Origin: a virus
Lineage: Duplodnaviria; Caudoviricetes
Virus record (IMG/VR): IMGVR_UViG_3300020044_007352
Coordinates: 1-39,103 of that record
DNA length: 39,103 nt
Strand: one strand, 5' to 3'
Shown: positions 10,329 to 17,965 of the stretch, piece by piece
How positions within the stretch are numbered: the first letter of the stretch is position 1
How the letters are laid out: each line of letters begins with the position of its first letter
The notes under the pieces: generated by a model
The model's input: the letters and a program-made list of their open reading frames with translations, nothing else
Databases searched by the model: none
What the model was told of the DNA's origin: nothing
Made by a program: the position numbers and the translations under genes

Positions 10329-10552
10329 TGCCTACCATCACAATCGAACTAACCAAAGAACAGGTCGACCGGTTATTTTCAGCGATGGAAGAAGTCACGG
10401 GATTGCCAGCAGACATTGAGGCCGTGAATAATCACCTGGTTGAACAATTACGGGGTATTGTATCAAGGGGTGAAAAGCAGAAAGCCGACCGGTTGGCGGC
10501 TAAATCTGCTGCGTTTGATGTAACGTGCTCAGTAGATAACGCTGGTTTATGA
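10328..10552 (+). CDS. Small hypothetical protein after fibre
   Basis: 74 aa, TAATG-coupled. Confidence 0.6.
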   Translation: MPTITIELTKEQVDRLFSAMEEVTGLPADIEAVNNHLVEQLRGIVSRGEKQKADRLAAKSAAFDVTCSVDNAGL

Positions 10553-10824
10553 TTGATTTCCTATCCAGAGCCTACCATTTTCATCCAGCAACCAAGTTTC
10601 TGCTTAATCTAGCTGTGATTTACCCGTTTTTAGTGGTTGACCAGCTACTGAACACCCTTACAGGCGGAAGCCCGCGAGAAACAGTCTCAGGCCGCTTAAA
10701 TCGCCACAGGAACGGCAAAGGTAAATGGCTGGTAAATACACTGGAATGGCTGGATAAAGGCCATTGTGAGTTCTGGGAAGCGCCAAACGCCAAGTCAGAA
10801 GAAACGTTCAACCTATGGCGTTAA
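10549..10824 (+). CDS. Conserved small phage protein ('DQLLNTLTGGSPRETVSGR' type)
   Basis: Motif commonly seen in genes following tail fibres; ATGA-coupled. Confidence 0.65.
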   Translation: MIDFLSRAYHFHPATKFLLNLAVIYPFLVVDQLLNTLTGGSPRETVSGRLNRHRNGKGKWLVNTLEWLDKGHCEFWEAPNAKSEETFNLWR

Positions 10825-10912
10825 TAACCAGCGCCACAAACAGCACCACATTCAGCAATACCGACATTTTCAGCAGTTGCCAGAGGGCGGTGGCGGATTT
10901 GCGGTAGCTCAT
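10808..10912 (-). CDS. 34-aa single-TM peptide
   Basis: MSYRKSATALWQLLKMSVLLNVVLFVALVINAIG. ATGA-coupled to the upstream gene; overlaps the convergent late gene. Confidence 0.5.
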   Translation of the reverse strand: MSYRKSATALWQLLKMSVLLNVVLFVALVINAIG

Positions 10913-11163
10913 TTCGCGTCCTCAAGGGCTTTGATCGCCAGTTCTGTTGTAAGACCGTACATACGGACTAGCGCAATCGCAGATTCCGCCTTCCTCTCCG
11001 CATCTTCCTTCGCCGCCTCCATGTCTGCGAGCTGTTGGCGGAGGGTGGTGATTGATTCCGCTGCGTCTATAAAAATCTTTGCGTTACTGCCTCCGAGCCA
11101 ATCGCTAGCCGGTTCCTTTCTGCCGTACAGCACTTGGCATAAAACTCTTAGAGGGTCAATCAT
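10909..11163 (-). CDS. Hypothetical early protein (coiled coil)
   Basis: ORF 10909..11169; the ATG at 11163 overlaps the micro-ORF stop (ATGATTGA). Confidence 0.6.
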   Translation of the reverse strand: MIDPLRVLCQVLYGRKEPASDWLGGSNAKIFIDAAESITTLRQQLADMEAAKEDAERKAESAIALVRMYGLTTELAIKALEDAK

Positions 11164-11200
11164 ATCCACCGCAAAACGGACAACTCAATAACTCAGCCAT
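11156..11200 (-). pseudogene. Truncated Lar-like CPFCGG zinc-ribbon gene remnant
   Basis: MAELLSCPFCGGYD* preceded by a GGAGG RBS. Confidence 0.55.
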
Positions 11201-11486
11201 TCTGTTCGCCTCCATGTTTTTTGAGGGCTTGTTGTGCAAGAACCTGCCTCTCGTCATTGTCAGTATTTGCGTAGTAAGCCAGCCCATCCACCAGCCCCGC
11301 CTTGTCCTTCTCCAGCTCCCGCACCTTTGCTATGAGGGCGGCGTAGTCGGAATACTTGACGTAATCACCAGTATTGGTGGAATATCTAACATAGTCTCCG
11401 GCGTCCAATTCGCACATATTATGCGTAGTAACGTCTTTGTCAGATAATGTCAGCCCGTACCGCTTGGCATTTTCAATGTCGGTCAT
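11193..11486 (-). CDS. Hypothetical early (Ea/Ead-like) protein
   Basis: 97 aa; tandem GDYVRYS/GDYVKYS followed by a coiled coil. Confidence 0.6.
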   Translation of the reverse strand: MTDIENAKRYGLTLSDKDVTTHNMCELDAGDYVRYSTNTGDYVKYSDYAALIAKVRELEKDKAGLVDGLAYYANTDNDERQVLAQQALKKHGGEQNG

Positions 11487-11495
11487 GGGGCGGCC

Positions 11496-11780
11496 TCAAA
11501 AAGGGCAGTCGTCGAGATTGTCATCAACAAACGCCTTTCTCTCAGGCGCATACCCATCCGCCTTAGCCTTGTCGTGCTTCTGCTTGCTGGCGTTCTCGGC
11601 CATTGAACTAACCGAAATGGACATGAATTTATCGCCTTTCTTGCTGGTTTTTATCCATGCTGCCAGCTTGTATTCAGTCCCGTTTACGTTGATATTGCCC
11701 TGATAATCCGGGTGTTTTTCGGTCGTCTTTTTGTCATTCTTGAAAAGTACGCCCCGGTTTGTATTGTCGTAATCGCTCAT
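11496..11780 (-). CDS. Putative phage single-stranded DNA-binding protein
   Basis: 'GVLFKN..K..EKHPDYQG...LAAW.K.SK.G.KFMSIS' with an SSB-like acidic tail 'DDNLDDCPF'; adjacent to ERF. Confidence 0.7.
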   Translation of the reverse strand: MSDYDNTNRGVLFKNDKKTTEKHPDYQGNINVNGTEYKLAAWIKTSKKGDKFMSISVSSMAENASKQKHDKAKADGYAPERKAFVDDNLDDCPF

Positions 11781-12529
11781 TATCCTTTCCTCAGTGCTTT
11801 TATTCGTGCCTTACTTGTTTCGTTGATTCTGCGCCATACCTCAGTTTTTCCAGCCTCGTTCATTTCATCCCAAAGCTGCAAAATACCGTCATCGTCCTGC
11901 TTGGTATCGTAATCCTGAATCAAATCACGGTACTCGTTCGCCTTTTCCATCAGCTTTTTCATAGCAGACCGCTTGTGACTTGCAAGCTGTTTCCATGCCT
12001 GTAGCCATTCCTCGCCGTTTTCGCGGTCTAATTGGCATAGAGTAGGCCAGTCGCCAGAATCCAGTGCATCCGTAGCCGCCTCAAGCAATTTAGCCGCATT
12101 TGCAGTTTTAGCCGCTTCTGACGCTGAAATATGGTTGATATTGTCCTTTTCAGGGTCATCGCCAGTCTCAAGGACAAAGGTTTTCAGGACAGCGTACTTT
12201 GTGGCGTAGCTGACAGCCTTTCCCGGCCCCTTATCTTGCGGGTCAACGCCGAAGCCAAACGTCTTTATCTCAAACCGATCTTCCGGCTTGTCCACGTTGA
12301 CAAATGATACCGTCACATCCGCCTCAGTCCGGTTTCCGTCCTGCTTCCAGCTAGACACGCTTGGTATCATGGCTATCCCATGCTTGACCAGCATCGGGTG
12401 GATTGCTTCGGATACCGCGTCATGGCCTACAAACCGGTACTGGTTGTTCACTGTCTTGTCGCCTTTCTGGACGTAGCTCAACTCCGCCATGACTGCCAGA
12501 ATCCGCTGATATATATTCAATTCGCTCAT
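11780..12529 (-). CDS. erf: ERF-family single-strand annealing protein
   Basis: 'IYQRILAVMAEL..VQK...NQYRF' N-terminus and ERF motif 'DKGPGKAVSYATKYAVLKTF..ETGDDPE'. Confidence 0.85.
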   Translation of the reverse strand: MSELNIYQRILAVMAELSYVQKGDKTVNNQYRFVGHDAVSEAIHPMLVKHGIAMIPSVSSWKQDGNRTEADVTVSFVNVDKPEDRFEIKTFGFGVDPQDKGPGKAVSYATKYAVLKTFVLETGDDPEKDNINHISASEAAKTANAAKLLEAATDALDSGDWPTLCQLDRENGEEWLQAWKQLASHKRSAMKKLMEKANEYRDLIQDYDTKQDDDGILQLWDEMNEAGKTEVWRRINETSKARIKALRKG

Positions 12530-12583
12530 TTTCCTGCTCCCATTGTTGTTGTTCGTGTTCGTTAACCTGATGCCAGAAGTCCA

Positions 12584-12958
12584 CTACATATCCCTCATCA
12601 TCTGGTCATCGCGGAAACGGTCGTATGCCTGGTCTATTCTATCCCCGTCATCAACCACGTAATCGTTATATTCCTGCTCGGCAAACTGCGTCAGAAAGTC
12701 CTGCATCTTTGTAAACAGGTATTCGCCAGCCCTCGACATCTGCCCGTGACGCATATAGGCGATTAATTGCAGGGCGTCCACCTTGTCCAGCACGTCATTA
12801 TGCGCGTCAATTTTCCATGTCAGGGCGACTAGGGAGCAGATTGTTTGCTGGTCTTCAATGTTTAAATCAGACCATTCCCTGCCGCTGGACTTGCGGTTGT
12901 CGATAAGCGCGCCTAATTCTTGGCGCGGGGTGCGTGGGTATAGTTTGTTAGTTATCAT
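12584..12958 (-). CDS. Hypothetical early protein
   Basis: 124 aa from ATG 12958 with a GGAG RBS. The longer 13276 start overlaps other genes. Confidence 0.65.
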   Translation of the reverse strand: MITNKLYPRTPRQELGALIDNRKSSGREWSDLNIEDQQTICSLVALTWKIDAHNDVLDKVDALQLIAYMRHGQMSRAGEYLFTKMQDFLTQFAEQEYNDYVVDDGDRIDQAYDRFRDDQMMRDM

Positions 12959-12960
12959 GG

Positions 12961-13116
12961 TTACACTCCAAATACGGCAATCGCAAACAGAAAGCCTGAG
13001 ATTATTATTGCAACAGCCGCCCAGTAGATGTTGTTGAATATCACTTGTTCGGGATGGTCTGTCAGCTTTACCGAATAGTCTCGGGGGATATTCGGCTGCG
13101 TGGTTTCTTCGGTCAT
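12961..13116 (-). CDS. 51-aa protein with C-terminal TM segment
   Basis: MTEETTQPNIPRDYSVKLTDHPEQVIFNNIYWAAVAIIISGFLFAIAVFGV; GGGGAG RBS. Confidence 0.6.
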   Translation of the reverse strand: MTEETTQPNIPRDYSVKLTDHPEQVIFNNIYWAAVAIIISGFLFAIAVFGV

Positions 13117-13118
13117 AA

Positions 13119-13313
13119 TTAAACTCCCCTGATGATTGTATTAGCACACCGCGCCACCGACATAAGCCGACCACGCGCCCGATTGTAAAAAGCCATAGCG
13201 TCGGCCTTGATTGTCCGGTCGCCTTTGAAGTATTTGTTACAGTTTGCCAGTGAGCGTTTGGCAATCCAGAAATCAAACATTGCTGCGCGTAGTTCGCGGC
13301 GTATCAGATTCAT
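13119..13313 (-). CDS. Small basic hypothetical protein
   Basis: 64 aa with AAGGAGG RBS. Confidence 0.6.
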   Translation of the reverse strand: MNLIRRELRAAMFDFWIAKRSLANCNKYFKGDRTIKADAMAFYNRARGRLMSVARCANTIIRGV

Positions 13314-13435
13314 TTATCAGCCCTCCTTATACAGTCGAATGGAAGCCCCTCTTGTTCACAGAACATCTCAGCTTGCCATAATGAGTCAAAGGTAAAAGCC
13401 ACTTCGCCGGACGGGTCTAGGATGTCGTATTTCAT
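13310..13435 (-). CDS. First leftward gene, 41 aa hypothetical
   Basis: MKYDILDPSGEVAFTFDSLWQAEMFCEQEGLPFDCIRRADK; AACAGGGGA RBS; ATGA-coupled to the next gene. Confidence 0.6.
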   Translation of the reverse strand: MKYDILDPSGEVAFTFDSLWQAEMFCEQEGLPFDCIRRADK

Positions 13436-13471
13436 TTTGTTCCCCTGTTTCAGATTGTTGAAAATTACTGC

Positions 13472-13501
13472 TTGACGTGCACCTTAACAAAAGAATAAAC
13501 T
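13472..13501 (+). promoter_or_regulatory. Rightward early promoter (PR-like)
   Basis: TTGACG-18 bp-TAAACT upstream of cro. Confidence 0.6.
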
Positions 13502-13509
13502 GCATGCAA
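13481..13509 (-). promoter_or_regulatory. Leftward early promoter (PL-like)
   Basis: TTGCAT-17 bp-TAAGGT with an extended -10 TG; overlaps the rightward promoter. Confidence 0.6.
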
Positions 13510-13533
13510 GCAAAATTTACAGGAATCTATAAA

Positions 13534-13722
13534 ATGGCAAAAAGGACGAACAAGGCCGCAATGAACGCGGTAAAGGCGGCTGGCAGCATAAACAAGCTGG
13601 CAGCGGCTTGCGGGGTAACAAGACAGGCGGTACAAGGCTGGATTAAGAACGGCATTAATGACGTAAGCAGAATCAGACAAGTGGCAAAAATTACAGGTTT
13701 ACCAATAGACTCATTTTTCTAA
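13534..13722 (+). CDS. cro: Cro-like HTH repressor
   Basis: 'AVKAAGSINKLAAACGVTRQAVQGW' is a typical Cro/YdaS HTH; first rightward gene. Confidence 0.8.
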   Translation: MAKRTNKAAMNAVKAAGSINKLAAACGVTRQAVQGWIKNGINDVSRIRQVAKITGLPIDSFF

Positions 13723-13735
13723 ACAGGGGAAATCC

Positions 13736-13984
13736 ATGAAAACCAAGCAGACCCAAACCGAACAAGTAGCCGACTTCATCCGCCACGCCGGTTTCATCAC
13801 CGTCAGGCAGGCGCAACGGCTTAACATTAACAGCCCAAACCAGATTATCAAGCTGGTCAAGCGTGAAATTGACATGCTCGATATGTTCATCTTTACCAAA
13901 CAGGGCAAGCGCATCAAAATCCATTACACCAACAGAAAGGCGGCTCTTGGATACATGCGCAAGATTGGCGGGAGGGTGGCGTGA
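13736..13984 (+). CDS. Small winged-HTH-like protein
   Basis: 82 aa 'QTEQVADFIRHAGFITVRQA...'; AACAGGGGA RBS. Confidence 0.6.
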   Translation: MKTKQTQTEQVADFIRHAGFITVRQAQRLNINSPNQIIKLVKREIDMLDMFIFTKQGKRIKIHYTNRKAALGYMRKIGGRVA

Positions 13985-14160
13985 TGGACAGGTCTGAAGA
14001 TGGTGGCATCACCCACATTCTCGGCCTCATCGTCTCCATCCTGATGATAATCACCGTCGGCCTGGGTCACATCCTCGACGGCGGGAATCCCTACATTACG
14101 GTTATCTCGATGTACGGCTGGGCTATCGTCGGGGTGGATTGTTTGGTGAATATTGAATAG
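13984..14160 (+). CDS. 58-aa two-TM membrane protein
   Basis: MDRSEDGGITHILGLIVSILMIITVGLG...; TGATG-coupled with GGAGG RBS. Confidence 0.5.
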   Translation: MDRSEDGGITHILGLIVSILMIITVGLGHILDGGNPYITVISMYGWAIVGVDCLVNIE

Positions 14161-14168
14161 GGGGAAAT

Positions 14169-14393
14169 ATGAGCGAGTGGATAAGCCTAGCAGATAAATG
14201 GCCTCAAGATGCAGATATGTATTTAGTTTGTGGCGTTGCGCCAGACGGTGAACGATTTATAGCGGTCTGCTGGTCGCCTGATGGAGAAGATTATTGGTTG
14301 ATGGTGTCGCCGCTTGGGTTTAACGATGACTTTCCAGACTATCGCGTTTATGGCGTAACCCACTGGATGCCACTACCGGAGCCACCCAAATGA
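14169..14393 (+). CDS. DUF551-family protein
   Basis: 'MSEWIS..D..P...VTHWMPLPEPP' signature. Confidence 0.85.
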   Translation: MSEWISLADKWPQDADMYLVCGVAPDGERFIAVCWSPDGEDYWLMVSPLGFNDDFPDYRVYGVTHWMPLPEPPK

Positions 14394-14503
14394 CCATCCT
14401 AATCCTAATCGCCATTCTCCACCACATCGACGCCTCTTTCTGGTGGTACATCCTCGGCGTCTGCGTTTGGGTGGGTCATTGTGTTGTGCATAGGGTGTTT
14501 TAA
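14390..14503 (+). CDS. 37-aa hydrophobic peptide
   Basis: MTILILIAILHHIDASFWWYILGVCVWVGHCVVHRVF; ATGA-coupled. Confidence 0.45.
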   Translation: MTILILIAILHHIDASFWWYILGVCVWVGHCVVHRVF

Positions 14504-14520
14504 TTTAACAGGAGAAAAAC

Positions 14521-14799
14521 GTGGACAAATTAGAAACAATGGAAGCCATAAAAATTATGGACGCTTATTGTGACGGCAAGGAGATTGAGGCCAATTATGG
14601 CTCTGGATGGGTTTCAATCAACGACCCTGCATGGCAGTTCGGTGATTTTAAATACCGCATAAAACGAAAGCCAAAAGTAATTTATGTGAATGAGTACAGC
14701 CCCGGTTACGCGCACTACGATACATTTGCAGAGGCTATCGCTAACGCACACAAAAATTGCACTAGAATTGGCGTTAAATACATCGAAGTAATTGAGTGA
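14521..14799 (+). CDS. Conserved hypothetical phage protein
   Basis: 'IKIMDAY.DGKEIE...P.W.F....YRIK' pattern; AGGAG RBS. Confidence 0.7.
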   Translation: MDKLETMEAIKIMDAYCDGKEIEANYGSGWVSINDPAWQFGDFKYRIKRKPKVIYVNEYSPGYAHYDTFAEAIANAHKNCTRIGVKYIEVIE

Positions 14800-14866
14800 T
14801 TGACAACGCGCACATGATGGATAATACTAAAAACAAGCCCCGGCCAGATTTGCGTCCGACCGGGGC
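14800..14866 (+). promoter_or_regulatory. Sigma70-like promoter followed by a GC hairpin
   Basis: TTGACA (14800)-17 bp-AATACT (14823); GCCCCGG...CCGGGGC stem at 14837-14866. Confidence 0.5.
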
Positions 14867-15242
14867 GGCTGAAATGTTCGGCAGGAACAAGACAGCGGGA
14901 AGTTGCAGTATATCAAAAATTCCGCGTTTTTCAATTCTTGCCAAAATTTACCAGCCAGCCGACGGCGCGAATCACGGTGGAGCTATATCCATGCAGGGTT
15001 TTACAGGAAACCTTACGACCTGTCTGATACTTGCTCATGGATTCCCACGCCCGACAACGAGAGCAAGACCCAATTTAAAGATTACGCCCTGTCTGTTGAT
15101 AGGGAGGACGGCAGAGGAACTAATCACCCTTTGCTGGCGGGTAGGACTACCGCAACCAAGTACCCGCAATCGTACCCTTGATAGGGTTTAAAGGGGAAAG
15201 GGCGGAGACTTTGACTAAAATACAGGAAAACAGGGGTAAATT

Positions 15243-15611
15243 ATGGGAATGTTTGATTATTTGAGGTGCGAATACCCGCTCCCAGTAGAGGGGGCAAACA
15301 AGATTCTTTATCAAACAAAAGACACGCCAAGTATGTGGCTTGACGAATACCTGATTGATGAAAACGGGGATTTGTATGGAGAGGAATACGATATTGAGGA
15401 TAGGTCGGACAAAACAAAAGGCCCGCTTGAGTCTATGCTTGGCTGTATGACGCGAGTAAACATCAGGAAAGTAAAAAGCGATTACACCGGCGAAATACGG
15501 TTTTATGGGTTCAAGGATGATGTAAATTATAAAGGATGGGTAGAGTTTTCCTCATACTTTGAGTCTGGGAAAATCAAGAACCTGAACCTGATGGAAAACA
15601 GAGATGACTAA
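15243..15611 (+). CDS. Conserved hypothetical phage protein ('MGMFDY..C.YPLP...YQTKD')
   Basis: Recognisable recurring phage family of unknown function; AACAGGGG RBS. Confidence 0.7.
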   Translation: MGMFDYLRCEYPLPVEGANKILYQTKDTPSMWLDEYLIDENGDLYGEEYDIEDRSDKTKGPLESMLGCMTRVNIRKVKSDYTGEIRFYGFKDDVNYKGWVEFSSYFESGKIKNLNLMENRDD

Positions 15612-15990
15612 ACTACCAAAAGACTTCACTATAACCGAAGCGCACCGCATTTACTGCGAAAAGACGTTCGGGCTACCTTATTTGGCCGACGCCTTACTTT
15701 CCGCGTTCAAAGATGTTTTTGATGAGGAACTAGGCGGGAACGGAACCAAACACAAAAACTGGAATTTGACGCTTTACAAGTTTTTGCGTAACACGGCTCC
15801 GGGCGGCAGGTTTTACAATGCCGTATATTGGGAAGAAAAAAGGAACGCCGCCAAGAGGCTACAATTTGGCGACAGGACGCGCAGAACACCACAGTACGAC
15901 CCAAGAGGCGCACAACCGGAGAAGCCCGCTGAAAAGCATGTAGTTGACGCGGCTATGTCGAAATTAAGGGGGATGCTCAGTGGAATTTAA
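15604..15990 (+). CDS. DnaT-like / replication-initiator C-terminal domain protein
   Basis: 'KLPKDF......F.DVF.....TKHKNWNLTLYKFLRN' resembles the C-terminal domain of phage replication proteins. Confidence 0.55.
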   Translation: MTKLPKDFTITEAHRIYCEKTFGLPYLADALLSAFKDVFDEELGGNGTKHKNWNLTLYKFLRNTAPGGRFYNAVYWEEKRNAAKRLQFGDRTRRTPQYDPRGAQPEKPAEKHVVDAAMSKLRGMLSGI

Positions 15991-16150
15991 ACAGTGGATG
16001 TATATCAACGACAAGCAAGAAGTGGTTACGGTTACCGAAGTCACCCAAACCCCGGCTGAATTTCTCGCGGCAAACAGTCAGGTATACGGATTCGCACAGC
16101 AGATGCGTCCAGGCGCTATGCTTGACCCAAACAGGAAGCAGCTAACGTGA
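15980..16150 (+). CDS. 56-aa hypothetical protein
   Basis: GTG start, MEFKQWMYINDKQEVV...RKQLT*; the stop overlaps GTG 16147. Confidence 0.55.
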   Translation: MEFKQWMYINDKQEVVTVTEVTQTPAEFLAANSQVYGFAQQMRPGAMLDPNRKQLT

Positions 16151-16206
16151 GGGTGCTGGATTTGTTTAGAGGGATAGTATATAGTCCACTAAATGAAAAC
16201 GTATAA
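16147..16206 (+). pseudogene. Orphaned original 5' end of the C5 methyltransferase gene
   Basis: Translates MRVLDLFRGIVYSPLNENV*, matching 'LRVLDLFSGI' of the downstream MTase; GTGA-coupled to the upstream gene. Confidence 0.75.
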
Positions 16207-16711
16207 CTGCTTAAATTGTGGGAACGCATTTGGGTCATACAACCCTAACCCGATTTATTGTTCAGTATTCTGTAAGTCAGAGGGACAATCGCCAGATGTA
16301 GATATTGAAAGGCTCAGGATTTTATATATAGCAGGGAAAACTCAAAACGAAATAGCGGCAATATTTGGAGTGTCTCAAAAGTCTATATTCAAGGCCATGA
16401 AGCGTCATGGAATAAAAGCCAGAAAAGCCGCGAAAAGAAGCCAGACTAGAGAAAATAACAGCTCATGGAAAGGTGACGAAGCGGGAAAGCAAGCATTCCA
16501 TAGGAGGCTTTATGCAAGATATGGAAAGCCGAGAATTTGCGGGGTTTGTGGCACAACAAAATCCAGTAATTATGATTACGCAAACTTAACTGGAAATTAT
16601 CAGGACATTGAAGATTATCTGCCGATGTGCCGATCTTGCCATTGGAAATACGACAAGAAAATTATGAACATAAAACACATGCGGGAGGTTATAAAAAATG
16701 CTGGAGAATAA
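16193..16711 (+). mobile_element. Free-standing HNH-type homing endonuclease gene (Zn finger + HTH + nuclease)
   Basis: CLNC..YCSVFC, HTH 'TQNEIAAIFGVSQKSI', 'NSSWKG', CGVC...'CRSCHWKYD'. More AT-rich than its neighbours. Confidence 0.75.
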
Positions 16712-17765
16712 GTTAAGAGTTTTGGACTTGTTCTCTGGCATTCAAGTCGGCGGATTCTCGTTAGGTCTAGAGGCCGCCGGATTTGAGACGGTGGCGTTTT
16801 GCGAATACGACAAGGCCGCGCAAAAGGTATTGAAATTACGTTGGCCTAATGTGCCAATATTTGACGACATCAGGGGGTTAGATGAAAGTGTTCTGGGAAA
16901 CTCCGAACTCAAACGAGGACAGGGCGGAGAAATATACCCTGAAAACAACATTGAAACATTTCAGGCAGGGTCGCCAGATACATCTAAGCCAGCAGGTTAT
17001 GAGTCAGGAAATGCACCCATCAAAAAAATACAGTTCGCAGATGTCATTACTGGCGGATACCCATGCCAGCCATTCAGTGCAGCCGGGAAGCGACGAGGCG
17101 CGGAGGATGACCGTCACCTCTGGCCTGAAATGTATCGAATTATTAAAATTGTCCGACCTCGATGGGTTATTGCCGAGAATGTTGCTGGCCACGTCAGCAT
17201 GGGCCTCGACAGTGTGTTATCTGACATGGAAGCTGAAAACTACACCTGCTGGCCGTTTATTATTCCAGCTTGCGCCGTTGACGCCAAACACAGACGGGAC
17301 AGAGTTTGGATTGTTGCCAAGTCCGGTGACAAGCGACGCTACGACGGGGGCGATAATCGGAAAGAACGACACATATTATCAGACATCAACGGGGATGCCG
17401 CGCAAAGTGAATCAGAACGGCAAGGACGCTTCGGTTGGTCTGGCGAGACTGGTCCAGCTATTACCGACACCTCAAGCCTGCGACAACAGGGACAGAGGGA
17501 ACCTATCCAGCGGCGCGGTAATCCGCAGGGCGGCGAAAGGCAAACAGATAATGTTAAGTCAGTCAGTGAGTCACGAATCAGGACAGCTGAATCCAGACTG
17601 GGTGGAAAATTTAATGGGCTATCCGCCTGGCTGGACGAACTTGGATTGCCAAAAGTCAGCAGCGGAGTACCTAAGCGAGCTGATAGGCTTAAACAACTTG
17701 GAAACGCCGTAGTCCCACAAATCCCATACATAATAGGCCGCGCAATCATGGAGGCTGAATCGTGA
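16698..17765 (+). CDS. C5-cytosine DNA methyltransferase, alpha-type subunit
   Basis: Motif I 'DLFSGI(QV)GG', IV 'GGYPCQPFS', VI 'AENV', VIII 'HRRDRVWI', X 'LKQLGNAVVP'. No clear motif IX in this frame. Confidence 0.9.
   Translation: MLENKLRVLDLFSGIQVGGFSLGLEAAGFETVAFCEYDKAAQKVLKLRWPNVPIFDDIRGLDESVLGNSELKRGQGGEIYPENNIETFQAGSPDTSKPAGYESGNAPIKKIQFADVITGGYPCQPFSAAGKRRGAEDDRHLWPEMYRIIKIVRPRWVIAENVAGHVSMGLDSVLSDMEAENYTCWPFIIPACAVDAKHRRDRVWIVAKSGDKRRYDGGDNRKERHILSDINGDAAQSESERQGRFGWSGETGPAITDTSSLRQQGQREPIQRRGNPQGGERQTDNVKSVSESRIRTAESRLGGKFNGLSAWLDELGLPKVSSGVPKRADRLKQLGNAVVPQIPYIIGRAIMEAES
16882..17712 (+). CDS. Nested +1-frame beta subunit of the C5 MTase (TRD-like repeats + motif IX-like)
   Basis: 276 codons open inside the MTase, own AGGGGG RBS. 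Repeats WETP/LPSP/LPTP and 'LNPDWVENLMGYPPGWT'. Analogous to M.EcoHK31I alpha/beta. Confidence 0.7.
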   Translation: MKVFWETPNSNEDRAEKYTLKTTLKHFRQGRQIHLSQQVMSQEMHPSKKYSSQMSLLADTHASHSVQPGSDEARRMTVTSGLKCIELLKLSDLDGLLPRMLLATSAWASTVCYLTWKLKTTPAGRLLFQLAPLTPNTDGTEFGLLPSPVTSDATTGAIIGKNDTYYQTSTGMPRKVNQNGKDASVGLARLVQLLPTPQACDNRDRGNLSSGAVIRRAAKGKQIMLSQSVSHESGQLNPDWVENLMGYPPGWTNLDCQKSAAEYLSELIGLNNLETP

Positions 17766-17965
17766 CCTGCCCCTGTGGAAATCCATCGCACCACACCGAC
17801 CTCCTAATCACCGGAGCCGCCCGCGCCTTTCTATCGCGCCCGGATGAACTACGCCAAGTCTGGAAAAACTGGTCGGACGCAACGCACAGAAACCACAAAT
17901 CACCGTCCTTTCTCGCAAGGGTCAGGGCAAAAATTGAAGCTATAAAAACAGGGGAATTGATATGA
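17762..17965 (+). CDS. Hypothetical protein
   Basis: 67 aa; GTGA-coupled, GGAGG RBS. Confidence 0.6.
   Translation: MTCPCGNPSHHTDLLITGAARAFLSRPDELRQVWKNWSDATHRNHKSPSFLARVRAKIEAIKTGELI

Noticed and set aside
10766-11191. Plus-strand 141-aa ORF
   Set aside because: Antisense to the coupled leftward operon; no coding features.
12959-13276. Long 230-aa version of the 12584 ORF
   Set aside because: The extension overlaps two better-supported small genes with good RBSs; ATG 12958 has its own RBS.
14796-15191. ORFs 14796..15191 and 14903..15181 as real genes
   Set aside because: No recognisable motifs, mutually overlapping, and spanning a promoter and hairpin; left uncalled but not excluded.
16177-16747. 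Group I intron in the methyltransferase
   Set aside because: The insert is almost wholly ORF, with no space for a ribozyme core and no U/G splice boundaries.
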